Below, piece by piece: positions 27,147 to 40,800 of a DNA stretch of 64,000 bases. A program made the position numbers and the translations under genes. This DNA comes from Amoebidium appalachense (Eukaryota > Protista > Ichthyosporea). Position 1 is the stretch's first letter. Every line of letters begins with the position of its first letter. The stretch covers positions 6,617,029 to 6,681,028 of the forward strand of contig CAVNZM010000016.1 in NCBI GenBank assembly GCA_963693365.1, in the 5' to 3' direction. The notes under the pieces are model-generated. The model was not told the DNA's origin and did no database searches. It saw nothing but the letters and a program-made list of their open reading frames with translations.

Positions 27147-28237
27147 TGATTGATAATTGATGGTGGTGGTGGCTGTGCACGTGGGTGCCTACCCACCCAC
27201 CACCCAGCATACATGCAAAGTGGGCACAAAGAACTTTGTCCAGGGCTTGAAATGAGACGAGGCAGAGTTTTACGATTTGCTTAATCCGATGATGTGTCAG
27301 TAACGTGGTGAAACCTCGCCGAATCCGAAAGCGAACCCCCCTCCCCCCCCCCCCCTCCCCCCCCCAAATCCACCCCAAACCTTCAGGCCCCTGCCTCCCC
27401 TCTCCCTTCCCCCTCCCCCGCTCACGTGCACCCCCCCTCCCCCCCCCCCCCCCCCCCCCCCAACACCACCACCACCACCCACCACCCACCCACCCACGTG
27501 CACGTGTACACGCCACCACCACTGTCACTCAACGTGACACACACCGTCAGAGTCAGACCCGTAACACCAAAAAATAAAGCGCAAAAGAACATGTAGAAAG
27601 CAAACATGAAATGAAGAGGGAGCTGAATTCCGTTTGTCCAGGGCCACACACGTACACCGGTACTCACGCCTTTCAGTTCAACACATCTAATTGTAGTAGT
27701 GCACAGCCAGAGAATCCAAGAAGAACGTTAACGTTGAAGCGCTCCAAAAGTGAAAGAAGCAGGGGGGGCACTGGAGGGCCCTGCCCAGAACAAAGGGGGG
27801 AGGGGGGGGGAAGGGGGAGGGGGGCGGAGGGGGGGGGGGGAGGGGGGGGGGGAGGGGGGGGGGGGAGAGGGCGGAGAGGTGGGAGGGAGGGTAGAGAATG
27901 AAAGAACAGATGTCAGTACTACTAGTGTCCAGGGGTCATTCAGGAATAAAATGATTCACCTATAAGGTAATTATATTAGTACCGTAGTAGATTTTTTGAA
28001 AAAAATTCAGAACATAGGGGTTACCGAGGCGGCACGGGAAAAGAAGAGAACCTGGGGGGGGGGGGGGGGGGGGGGGGGAGGGAGGAATTGGCTTCCCTGT
28101 GCACAATGTTTAGAAACAACTTTAAGCTTAGTGCAGCAGAACATATTTCTTTTGTGGTTAGCTTGAAGTTCTCCGAAAGTTTTCAAAGGTCAGCGGTTAC
28201 CAATCAATAAACCGAAATAGTCAACTACTTTAACGTT

Positions 28238-28268
<31 letters not shown>

Positions 28269-28278
28269 TGTGCGCTTG

Positions 28279-28311
<33 letters not shown>

Positions 28312-28362
28312 CTATGTTCACGGTGTGTGTGTGTGTGTGTGCCTGCATGTGCATGTGTGTGT

Positions 28363-28431
<69 letters not shown>

Positions 28432-28541
28432 CGTGTGTGTGTGCGCGTCTGTGTGCGTGCGTCTGTGCGTTTGTGTGTGTGTGTGTGTGTGTCTATGTTC
28501 ACGGTGTGTGTGTGTGTGTGCCTGCATGTGCATGTGTGTGT

Positions 28542-28576
<35 letters not shown>

Positions 28577-28758
28577 TGTGCGCGTGTGTGTATTTGTGTA
28601 TGTGTGTGTCACGGTGTGTGTACCCAAGTGTTCCATAGGCTCAGAAAGAGAATCAGTGTAATATTTTACATAAATGGGCCCATTGTGCCCGGACACGTCC
28701 CTTGATTAATATTCCCCGATGATGCGCGAAAATGTGGTGTGTACATGTACTGTAACAT

Positions 28759-28800
<42 letters not shown>

Positions 28801-29302
28801 AAAGGAGGGGGGGGGGGGGGGGGCACCTCCCATAGCCCAGAAAAAGACCCACAGGACGCCCCCCGGGGGGGGGGGGAATGGGGGGAGGGGGGGGGGGGGC
28901 GCGGAGGACATAAGACAATGAACCCTACGGATGAGAAACCTTAAGATTTAGACCCTTATTGGAATTCACCCGTTATCTTAAAAGTGAGTGACCCCTCAGG
29001 TACACGGCAGATGGCCTTGGGTCACCGTGGTTGGTGCTGAGGCTCCTTACTGAAGTCTCAGAGACGTAGAGAGCCTCGAGGGAGGGTGTTTGGGTTCCCC
29101 AACAGGGAGGGGGGAGGGGGAGGGGGGGGGGGGGGGGAGGGCAAGGGGGGAGGTACCTAGATCGACTCAGAGGGAGTATAAGAGAGAGAGACAAGAGGAC
29201 GAGCCCCGGGAGGGGGGGGGGGGGGGGGGGGGGACAGAGAGAGAGACTCAGAAGAGAGAGAGAGAGAGAGTGAGAGAGAGAGAGGGAGAGGGAGAGAGAG
29301 AG

Positions 29303-29342
<40 letters not shown>

Positions 29343-29608
29343 GAAGGGAGGGAGGGAGGGTGAGAGGTTGATGGGGAGGGGAGGGAGGGTGAGAGGTTGA
29401 TAGGGAGGGAGGGCGGGAGGAGGGACGGAGTGAGTGTGTGTTGAAAGCCCGGAGGAGAGAGAGAAGGGGGGGAGGGGGGGGGGGGGGGGTAGGAGGGTGG
29501 GAGGGTGGGTGGGAGGGTTGGAGGGAAGGAGGCCCAAAGGAGAGAGACTCGAGAGGAACAGAGGGAACAAGGGAGGGAGAAAGAGAGCCGGAAACCGGCG
29601 GCGGAGAA

Positions 29609-29641
<33 letters not shown>

Positions 29642-30029
29642 GTATGATGGCCCTTGGAACACATGCTATCGATCATAGCCGTGAAATCATTTGCCATTTT
29701 CGGCTTAATCAAACCAACCACCACTTCTCCCATCAGTCCCATGCTATTTAGCTTCTGGGCGCTGACCACCTGAAAGCCACATTTCTGAAATGTGTCTCAC
29801 CACGAAGAGACTCAATCAAATTGGTCGCATTGCCGAATTTGATGGCGACATAGCCTACGACAGGGCCAGCTTCAGACCAGCCTATTTTCACGGTGACCAC
29901 ACGGCGTCTTGGAAATTGTGCACAGAATGACGTCACCAATGTGGCTCGCCGCCCAGCGGCTAAAATGGGAGTAGCAATGGTTGCTTTAAGGTGGCCACGG
30001 TAGGCAACGAAGTACAAGCGGCTGTGGGA

Positions 30030-30350
<321 letters not shown>

Positions 30351-30939
30351 GAGAAGAGAGTTGGGTGAGAGGGAGGGAGGCCGCGGGGAAGGGAGGGCCG
30401 CAAACAAAGGGGGAAAGGGGTGTATAAAGGCTCTTGGACTATCTGCAATTGATCATGACGGTGCTGAGGTAAGACAACCAGCACACACGGATTCCGGTTG
30501 AGCCTTATGCCCCGTGTCCGCCACTGAATTGTGAAAACATTTGCACAGGATCCGTTTTCTGTTGTTTACCGGTTTCAAATTGTGTAATTTATAACCCGGT
30601 AGGTCATTTTTTGTTTTTTTGTTTTTCCTTGTTTGTTTTTTTGGGTGGGTCGGTGCGTGGGTGGGTGGGTGGGTGGGTTGGGGGGGGGGGGGAGTTCACA
30701 AATATAGGATTTTTCGTGCTTCGGAATGTGCACGATGCTAAACAGCTTTTGGTTGTTTCGACGAAACGACACGAAAAAGCCATTCTAGCACTTTCTCTCC
30801 ACTTTTGCATGCTCAGAGAAGTCTAGGAAATTAACATGTAGTTCCACTTAATCCCTAAATCCAGTAGTGAGCATGTGTGTGTGTGCCTGCATGTGTGTGT
30901 GCGTGTGTGCGTGTGTGTGCGCGCGCTGGAGGGGGGACT

Positions 30940-30974
<35 letters not shown>

Positions 30975-31208
30975 GTAAGGGATCCAAATCGATGCCAGTG
31001 AGAGTTGGCCAGGGCTGAGATGGTATATGACCAAGTTGTATTCTAGAGCCCGTGTAGATCACATATATTTCATGTAGGGTAAACAGTTGCATGGCCAAGA
31101 GAATTCAAAAACAGAATTCATATTTTGCTAACAATTCTCCAAGCAGAAAGTCTGTGTGGCATACACACTGCTGACACTGAGTCGCCCTAGAGCACCCACA
31201 CTGTCCCT

Positions 31209-31246
<38 letters not shown>

Positions 31247-31383
31247 CACACACACACAGATACACCTGCCCAATTTTGAGCAGGAGAAAAAACCATAAAA
31301 ATGTTGCAACAGAATATAGCAGTACTAATAAAGCTCATATCAAGCTATTGGAAGCATAATAAACAACCGGTGAGACAGATCTC

Positions 31384-32412
31384 TCACTCGGACTCCGAGT
31401 TATTTTGATCATCAGAGTCCGGGTCCTCTAGTAACTCAACACTAGTGCCTTCATTGAAAGGAACCACAGCCACCCTGCACTGCAATCCAGCAGGAATAGT
31501 AAAGGCCGTGCCATAGTCAATCCCGTCGACTGCAAACGAAACTTTCCCGTCATTGTGCAGACGTATGCCCACCGTGGCACCGTTGGGCACCTCCCTTCGG
31601 GTGTATGCTTCATCTGCTTGCCCGTCCTCGCTGTAAAGAGTTCCCTCACTTGTACATAGAAACCAACCACATGTGCACGTGGTGTGCGTAGCAATGATAG
31701 TCCCAGCTTTTGCAGCAGCAATAAGACTCTGGGACGGTGCTATGCCTATCATGGTCCTTTTGAAACACTCATATTGATATTTCACACGAACTTCGGAGAA
31801 GCCAGAAGAAGGCCACGCCATCTCCGGACCTACGACCGTACTGTCTCCGGCAGATGTGCCTGTAAACGACTTCATAACATTACGGTGCTTCTGCGACAGT
31901 ATAATGTGTCGAGTGATGCCCGACATAAACTTTAACTCCCCAACAATGCTGTTGCCAGGCTCTGTGACTTCGCCGGGTTCAGCAAGCTTCCTCGCCAGCG
32001 CATCCAAACGGTAAAACTCTGCATCTGCCTTTAGCCGTTTCTTTTCCAGAGGAGAAAGTAGGTCCACAGGAATCTTCTCTCCACGCAGGTAGTCAGCCAC
32101 ATAGTGAAACGCCACTGGGCTTCTGTTGATGAAAAATGCTCCGTTTTTGTCCACTTTTGCTGCCCATCGGCCCGAAAACATGGAGGAAAAGTACGAGCCC
32201 TTCTTCCTGGTCAGGTCTTTAAGAGTGAGGGCAAAATGGGTGCCCCCCACGTTGAGGGTGATAGGGTCTTGCAGGTTGCTGGTGTCGAGTTTTGGCTCCA
32301 TGTTTGCCCACTGCTCTTTCTCCTTCTCTAGTGCACGCCTTTCTTTTGCAAAGGCAGCCATAAGTGTCTCAAGAGAGACTCTGGCAGACTTCATGTGGTC
32401 GTGGAGCGCCAT
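31384..32412 (-). CDS. BTB/POZ (KCTD-type tetramerisation domain) protein with N-terminal coiled coil and C-terminal SPRY/NHR-like domain, copy 2 (intact, 342 aa)
   Basis: ATG at 32412 (MALHDH) aligns with the ATG of copy 1; motifs ITLNVGGTHF, SYFSSMFSGRW, FFINRSPVAFHYVADYLRG, AEFYRL; beta-rich C-terminus ending FAVDGIDYGTAF...VELL. Confidence 0.88.
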   Translation of the reverse strand: MALHDHMKSARVSLETLMAAFAKERRALEKEKEQWANMEPKLDTSNLQDPITLNVGGTHFALTLKDLTRKKGSYFSSMFSGRWAAKVDKNGAFFINRSPVAFHYVADYLRGEKIPVDLLSPLEKKRLKADAEFYRLDALARKLAEPGEVTEPGNSIVGELKFMSGITRHIILSQKHRNVMKSFTGTSAGDSTVVGPEMAWPSSGFSEVRVKYQYECFKRTMIGIAPSQSLIAAAKAGTIIATHTTCTCGWFLCTSEGTLYSEDGQADEAYTRREVPNGATVGIRLHNDGKVSFAVDGIDYGTAFTIPAGLQCRVAVVPFNEGTSVELLEDPDSDDQNNSESE

Positions 32413-32633
32413 GTTTGCCTTGCTTTGTGTTTCACAGGAGATATCTGGTAAGATCAATGAGCATACACCTTGTGAAGTTTCCGATAGTAAAAAGCACTTT
32501 AGAGACCGAGCATGTATGTAAGCACATGTGGAAACGATTGTAAAATGGCGCAAAACTGCTTGGGAACTTATGTCACAGACATGATGCGTGTGCGATTGCC
32601 ACAGTGAGTGATGACGGGGGTCAGCGTGACCTA

Positions 32634-32721
32634 TGACGTCACTATTTGAGGAATGACCGAATGAGGCCTCCGATTGGCTGTAATAAAAGTTTAAAACGGT
32701 TTTGGCGCGAACTTTTCGCGC
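32634..32721. promoter_or_regulatory. Conserved upstream module of BTB copy 2: CRE/ATF, CCAAT and two E2F-like sites
   Basis: TGACGTCA 32634-32641, ATTGG at about 32673, TTTTGGCGCG 32700-32709, TTTTCGCGC 32713-32721. Confidence 0.55.
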
Positions 32722-33281
32722 AAAATGTAATTTGCGCAAATGCCCGCGGCATGCATTGGCTCGCCGGCAGGCAGGCGTCAAGCCTGCGCGCAGCTGCCGG
32801 CCGTGCCGTTCTACAAGGGTCTATGCGATAATGTCACGGAATACGAAAAGGAGGAAAAGATGATCGAGGACTCGTATTGTGATTGGTTTGATTGATCGAG
32901 GAAATAAATATTTGCGTAAAGCACACATAATGTTTGCGTAAAACACGTTATCTTAAAAAGGAAGGAACTAATGCCTAAAAAAGCTAATGAACAATAATGA
33001 AAGTTACGCAAAGATACGTTAGCCGAGAATTGAAAAGTTATATTTAGATGGCCACAACAGAGGGCCAAGCGGCCACAACAGAGGGCCAAGCAACCGACGC
33101 GCAGCTGTTTACGTACGCCGTGACACAGTCAGTGTTGCTCCGAGAAAGTTTCTGTTTTGTACACGTCTGTTTGTTTCCGTAGCTACACTGCAGCTGCGGA
33201 AAAGGTGTGTTATTATTATATTCTGCCTTTCTTAGTGAAAAGTTCGTGCGTAATTACGCTTTTTTAAGCATTAGCAATAAT

Positions 33282-33587
33282 ATGGCTATGCAAAGCGGCC
33301 TTTTCCAAGGCACCCATGGTGCTCACACATTTACTTTCAGAAGAGAAGACGTAAGCGGTCTGGACTATGAATGTTACTTCAGAAGCATTGGAACAACGCG
33401 TTCCCAAGCTTGTATGCAAGTACAGAACGCAGCGAGTTCGAATTTGCAGGTGCGGTCGCTACTTGCACCAGAAATTTTAGTGCACTTTCTGGCAGAGTTT
33501 GATACCTTACCTCATGACCATCCACTGAAACACTCGTTAGAACAATACATGGTTACGCTTGACCAAACAACTCGTTTAGAACACAAG
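33282..33587 (+). CDS. Possible first exon(s) of an unknown gene divergent from BTB copy 2
   Basis: Normal-complexity open frame from ATG 33282 ending at a good donor AAG|GTGAGG (33587/33588), followed by intron-like C/CA tracts. No recognised domain, and downstream exons were not resolved. Confidence 0.3.
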
Positions 33588-33728
33588 GTGAGGTCCCCCT
33601 CCCCCCCGCGCCTTTTCTGGTATTCCCTCCTTCAGCATAATCACACCCCACCAAAGTCACCATCAGCAGAAGCAGTAAGCTTCCCAGCACACGTACGAAG
33701 CCCCTGCCCCTCGCCCCCCCTTCCCCCC

Positions 33729-33759
<31 letters not shown>

Positions 33760-35176
33760 AAACACACACATGCATAGACACCAACACGCACACACACACA
33801 CACACACACACCGCGCGCGCGCGCGCATGCACACGCACCCCCCCTGCCCCCCCCCCCCCCCCCGCCCCCTCCTCCCCGCCCCCCGCCGCGTGCGCGCACA
33901 CACATGTACACGCACCCCCCCCCCCCCCCCCCCCCGCCACACGCACACACAAACACACACACACACTGGTGACACACACACATAGCCGTGTGCATGCCTA
34001 GGCTACGACACAGTTGGTCGTGAACCAACAATGATCTACGTTTATCTGGAACCAGTATGGTATGCCTATCAACAAACGTTAACAGATACAAGCATTCAAC
34101 AACACACACGCATGCAAGGACTCATGCATACACACACACGCCTACACAAACACACACAGACACGTACACAGACGTGACATACGTGACGCGCTGCGCGCAC
34201 AGACACACACTCCGGTGTCACACAGGCATGCACGCACGCATGCTTACACACACACACAGACGCTCTCGCACAAACGTGACTTTCGTTCCTTGGTCGTATA
34301 TACAGTATACTCGTAAACTCCGAGTCACAATCTGGCGTCTGCTTCCCCGCAAAACACATATAGGTTATATAAACCTATCAATTGCAACACACCGTGCATA
34401 GGTGTTACTGTGTCATTTACGCACACACGTTCAGGCACACATTCAGACACGGCAAGTGCTGCGATTAAGGCAAAATAGATGCTGTTTCAGTGATGCTTTA
34501 GCTACACTGGTGTGGTTGATAGAGCCCGAAGTTATGATGGGGTTGAGCCCCAGACTTGTAGCCCTGTTAGCCACCAATAATCGTAAGTATACAATGGCAC
34601 TAGTCACTCCCACTGGTGTGCCCCGTTCTGTGCTCACTCCATGTGTTTGATGTCCTAGCGCACATCCCTGCCTGTACGTGGCTACGATGCTTCCTTCCAA
34701 AGAGTGGGTGTGGGCCATGGAGCGGTGTACATATGTACAAGCAATATGTGTGACCCCACAATATGTACGTGGGAATATCTGGCGGTTTGGAAGGGCCAAG
34801 GGATAGAATAATACTTCTTTGGGCCATGGGCAAGTTGAGCCGAGTGAATAAATTCTTTTACATCTACCTACAAGGGTAGCTGGAAACACGTGTGGGGGAT
34901 GTGCCGCGGTGCACTGTTTGAACAGTAGTGCATACACATCATAGTCGCTTATATACCCCTTCCCCCCGCCCCCCTCCCCCCTCCCCCCTCCCCCCTTTCC
35001 CCCGCCCCACCCTCGAGTCTGTAGTCTCTTCCCCCCGAACGCGCTATACACCTGCTGGGCAACCTCCGACATGTCCCATAACCCTCTTTCGGCCGGCCCC
35101 TCCGCGGATCCCAACAGCTCCCTCATCACACACACCCTTGTAAACCGGCACACGCACACATACACACACACACACA

Positions 35177-35215
<39 letters not shown>

Positions 35216-35360
35216 CGAGAGTCTCTCTCCCTCTCTCTCTCTTCCCGAGCCTTCTCTCTCTCTCTTCTCCAAGGCTCTCTCTCTCTCTCTCTCTTTCTTC
35301 TCTGGAGGCTCTCTCCGCCTCCCCCCCCCCCCCCCCCCCCCCCCCGGAGCCTCTCTCTCA

Positions 35361-35403
<43 letters not shown>

Positions 35404-35406
35404 CCT

Positions 35407-35437
<31 letters not shown>

Positions 35438-35912
35438 GGCCCTCCCCCCTCACCTCCCTCCCTCTCTCTCCCTTCACTCTCCCCGCCCCGTCCCCCCCCC
35501 CCCCCCCCCCCTCCTCCCCCCTTTCCCCCTCTCTTTCTCAATCTCTGTCTCTCGTTCGCTCTCCCGCTTCCCTCCCTCACCTTATCTCAGGCTCCCTCTA
35601 GCTCTCCTCGAGAGCTCACACACACACACACACACTCGTTCTCTCAGGCTTTTTCAGAGTCTCTCTCTCTCTTATTTGCACACACAAACACAATCTCTTT
35701 CTTCCCCTCTAGTCGGTCTCTCTCGCAGAATGTCTCTCTCTCTCTCTCTTTCTCTCCCCCCTCTCGCCTCTCCCTCCCCTCCCCCCCTTTCCCCCCCCCC
35801 CCCTCCCCCCCCCCCCCCCCCTCCCCCCACTCCCCCCCCTCCCCCCCTCCCCCTCCCCCTCCCCCCTCCCCCTCCCCCCCTCCCTCCCTCTCCCTCTCCC
35901 TCTCCCTCTCTC

Positions 35913-35999
<87 letters not shown>

Positions 36000-36016
36000 G
36001 CTCTCTCTCTTCCGTC

Positions 36017-36111
36017 TTAACCCCACTGTGTTTGGGCCCCCACCGGTGGGGGCCCCACGATCAGATCGATTTTCGCCGGTAATTAGTGCGGGCCCCCACC
36101 GGCGGGGGCCC
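36017..36111 (+). mobile_element. Candidate orphan piggyBac-like transposon end with two subterminal palindromes
   Basis: TTAA|CCCC at 36017, then a perfect 22-bp palindrome GGGCCCCCACCGGTGGGGGCCC (36034-36055) and a one-mismatch copy (36090-36111). No partner end found. Confidence 0.35.
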
Positions 36112-36963
36112 ACACCCCTGAAAAAAGGGGGTTCGCTCAAGAGGTTTTCCTGCTCGTGGGAGAAAAAAGGGGGTAAATTTTGTATGTACAGTGATGAATA
36201 TACATGATAATGCAGCTTTGGCTCGGTTTTCAGCGGCGCAGCTGTTTTTCTTGTTGTTCTGTTTTGCTAGCAAAAAAGGAACGCTCTTTTCATATGATCA
36301 AAATAGACTCTTTCATGTCACGTCTGTGTTCAAAGTTTAGATTCAGAACATGAGCGTTGCATACACTGCAACGCCATGCACGCTATGTATAACGTTTTGC
36401 ACACTTTTGTTTATAGCCATAAACGGCTACCAGTAAAGAACCTGACCACTCAAAGCTGCAGAAAGTCATGTAAAGTGTTCAACGTCCAGATCCAAGCTAC
36501 ACATAGGCTATTATTGTTTGTAATATACAAACGAACACGTGAGGAAAACAGCCTGAATGTGCAGGAACCACATTTCTAAGGTATATATAACTGCATCTAC
36601 TTAGGCCTAGGTGCCTTTAAGGTAGCAGCAGCAGTGGCGAGCTGCCAGTCCACGGAGAACACTTGTTCTAAGTTAGTGAGGGCACAGGCCATTGGTCGTG
36701 CAACACTTTTACTTGCAACCTTTTTAGGATTTTGTAAACAGCCTGCATAAAAGGCTTGGCATGCACGAACTGTGGCTGTTGTATTCCACAAACGTACGGG
36801 GTCAGTAGTGCTGTTTTGTTTGCTCACGAGTTTTTACTCTATTTGATAATTTGTTCCGGGTTTATATCTACGTACACTGTGCGTGCGTGTGCAAGCACGT
36901 GCACGCGCACACGCACACGCACACATGTGCACACGCACGCGCACACGCACGCGCACACACACT

Positions 36964-37017
<54 letters not shown>

Positions 37018-37118
37018 GTTTTCACACTCACACACGCACACCCTCCGACACACGATTGCGCGCACAACCACAGGTGCGCGCATGAACACACACACACACA
37101 CACATACACCATACGGCG

Positions 37119-37165
<47 letters not shown>

Positions 37166-37186
37166 AGCACACAAACACACACACAC

Positions 37187-37791
37187 ACAGTTGAACTAGT
37201 TGGGATAAGGCAGAGAACAACTGAATCAGAATAAAGACAGAGAACGGGTAGTAAGGCACACGCGGCCAGGTTACTATTTAATGTGCTCGTTCAGAGTGAT
37301 CCCCCGTACTGGGACGGCTTGTTTATATAGCCCCCAGGTTCCGGATCATCTGGATGGGTGGCATTGATGCCTTCGTGACTTCTGACCAGTCAGAAGAGTG
37401 CGGTCGTCTTTATGTGCACACAGTGCACCAATAACATGAAGCTAACTAAAAGGATAACTTTGTGGCAAATGATTGGTCAATACTTAAGCCCGTTTAGGTT
37501 TATGCAACTGGGTCTGATTTCCTTATTGGTTCCGTTCGTTTAGCTATAGATGTCGCCTCCGTAGTGGATGAGACTTGCATTCCTATCCTAGCGGTTCTCG
37601 AATTCTATTGGTTCATACTGACTGCACGGCCACTGCATATTGCCGGCGCCGCGGCTCAGTCGTGAGCCGCAGCCCGCGGCTGTCGCGTGTGATATTGATC
37701 TGATCATATGTACACAATATCTACGTGATCACTATGATATGTACAGTATATTCGTAATAGTAAACATGTACGGCGTGTACAGATGTTTACA
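37187..37791 (-). repeat. Gypsy-1 3' LTR (outer TGTAA missing)
   Basis: Matches 44823-45427. Confidence 0.93.
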
Positions 37792-37856
37792 CTCCCCCCC
37801 TTCTCGGGAGCCTGGTGGTATGGTCTGGAGACGGTAAACCACCAGGCTGAGGGAAG

Positions 37857-40800
37857 TTAGCGACGTCGGCGCTTCTTTCGTGCGGGCTGGCTGGCAGGGC
37901 CGGCCACCAAAGTACCTAGGTAGTCTGTGAGTGCTCCTGCGGCTGTGTCTTGCAGGCCGGAGTGAGGTTCCCAGGTGTCGTTCTTAGCCGTGTACCCTTT
38001 CCAACGAACTTTGTAAAGGGCTTGGGCAGTTGCCGAGTCGTACTTGTGGGCAATAATTTTTGCCACTTCGAAGGTGGGGGTGGGTGAATCTTGCGGACCA
38101 GAGTCGGCTGGCGTCATATCAACGTCGTCACGGGGAAAATACGGCTTCAAGTGACGTGCGTGTGCTCGAACGGTGTCCGTTGACCCAACCCGCTGAATTT
38201 CGTAAGACATGGGGGCGTCGGTAACGCGCCGCAGGACGCGATACGGACCTTCCCATTTAGGTCTGAGTGCCGTGGGTAGACTGTGGTCGGTGGTGGAGTC
38301 TGTGACTGCTTTCAACACCAGACCCTCGAGTTCTGTGGGTTCACGAGCATTTTTGTTAGCCGTGATTTTACTACGACGGGCAGCTTCAGACATAATTCGT
38401 GTGACTGTTTGCCGGGCATACTGCACTCGTTGCAGTAGTTCTCGACGGTATTCCTCCGTCTCCATCCCACATGAAGCCGCAATTGGGGGGCGGGGGGGCT
38501 CGACCGGATCTCTGCCATAAAGCATGAAGAATGGCGTGTCCCCCAAGGAAGAGTGGTAGGCGGTGCGGTAGGAAAACAGTACTTGCGGTAAGTAGTCAAT
38601 CCATTCGTGGTGTTTATCCTGCACGAGAGTGGCAAGAATATTCTTAAGTGTGCGATTGAATCGCTCTACGGCACCATTGGTCTGGGGGCTGTAGGGACTT
38701 GCAAAAATTCGTTTTGTAGCCAACACTCGACAGACATCTGTGACCAACATAGCTGCCAAATTCGCGCCGTTGTCTGATACTAAAAATTCCGGACGACCGT
38801 GACGGCAGTAGATGGAGTCTTCGAATGCCTTTGCCACATCTTCGGCTGTGGGTGTTTTGTGAAATAAAATCACTTCCGGCCAGCGAGTGAAGAGGTCGAG
38901 AAACACCAACAGGGAAACTCTGAGATCAGATTTCGTAGGCATCTCAGTAATGTCCATAGACACGTATTGAAAGGGATAGGTGGGGATAAAACCATCGTGA
39001 ATTCGTAGTTTCTTTTGCATTCGGGGTGTCTTCCGGTATTGACAGGCTTTGCATGTGGTTACCCACTGCACCGAGTCTTGCCATACACGTGGCCACCATG
39101 CTATCTGGGTAACACGGTGGAAGGTGCGTGCTGCGTCGAGGTGACCTGCGGTTGGGGCGTCGTGACATGCGGCCAAAACGAGGCGCACAAGCGTAGACGG
39201 CACCCAAATTCGTGGTTCCTTGCTGGGTTTGCGGGGGCCACGCTGTTCTAGGACCCACACATACACAAGGTCATTGTCTATGGTGCAGCGACTAGCTTCC
39301 ATCGCGATTTCGTTGCCAAATAATTCGTAGCCCGGTGCTTTTTCCAGGTAGGCCCTGACTTTCGCAATGTGTTTATCAGCCTTCTGTGCTGACACATACT
39401 GTTCATAGGTGGGCATTCGTCCATCCGCTTTTGGGGGAATAAATTCTGGCGGCGTGGTATTAGGTTTCGTGGGTTCAGCTGGGGGTGGGTGGGTGGCAGC
39501 TTGTGCCTGCGCTGTCGCTGCGGCGGAGCGTGTTACCGCAAACACCGTGGACGAGCCCGAGACTGTGCCGATCAGTGAGGGGTATGTCAGCTCAGTATCT
39601 TCGGGTCCTGGTTGCGCATTTTCTTTAGATGGCCGAGAGAGTCCATCAGCATTGCTGTGGTGTTTGCCCGCCCTGTGCTGAATTTCGTATGTGTATGCGG
39701 AAAGCGCCATTTGCCAGCCTGCAACAACAGGTTCCGGTGCATCGCCGGTAGACAGAATGCGCGTCAAGCTGGAGTGGTCGGTTCGTAACAAGAAAGGAGC
39801 CCCATAGGTGTAAGCGCGAAATGCTTTGCACACAGCCCAATACACACCTAAGGCTTCCCTTTTATTCGCCGCATAATTTCGTTCACTCTTAGAGAGTGTT
39901 CTGCTAGCATAAGCTATGGGTCGTTCTTTGCCGTCATCACCTACCTGCGAAATCACTGCGCCCAGAGCATACTGTGAAGCATCTGAGTCAACAATAAAAG
40001 GTTTGGTGAAATCGGGGTGAGCAAGCACAGGTGCATTAATTAACGCATTCTTAAGGGTATCGTATGCTTTCTCCTGTTCCGTACCCCACACCCATGCAGC
40101 ATTTTTCTGTGCTTTCTTTTTCGTGGCCAAAATAGCTGCAGAATCGGCGTGCAAATTTTTTGCTTCGTCTTTTCGTTGTTTTGCGCTGCCGTTGCGTTTG
40201 GCGGGTTTCGTAGAGGGGGGCATTTTTGCGTGAATTCGTTTTAGTAATTCTGAATCCGCCTTCGAGGTGCCCAGCATTCGCGTGAGTGGTTCAGCCGTAT
40301 GGCTGAAATCGTCCACAAATATTCGATAATATGAAAATAACCCGAGGTCACTTCGTAGCTCAGATAAATTTTGTGGGTAGCTTTTATTCTTTATTGCTGC
40401 CACTTTTTCTGGGTCTACCTTAATACCATCCGGGCATACGCGATGGCCTAAATAGCCAACTTCTTCCATGAACAAAGAGCATTTTCTGCCTTTCAGTTTT
40501 AATCCTGCATCACAGAGCCGGGAAAAACATGAATCTAAATGCCCAAAATGTTCTTCGATAGTGGGTGACATAACTAATATATCATCGAGATATATGAGTA
40601 CATGTGTCCACAGCATACCAGCGAATACACGGTTCATCATCCTTGAAAAGACAGCAGGCATGTTACTTACTCCAAAAGGTGCGCGTGCGAATTGATACTG
40701 CCCCCAGGGGGTGGTAAATGCAAGTTTTTCTTTGTCGTTATCGGCTACTTTGACTTGGTGGTAACCACCGTTTAAATCAAGTGCGGAAAACACGCGGGCA

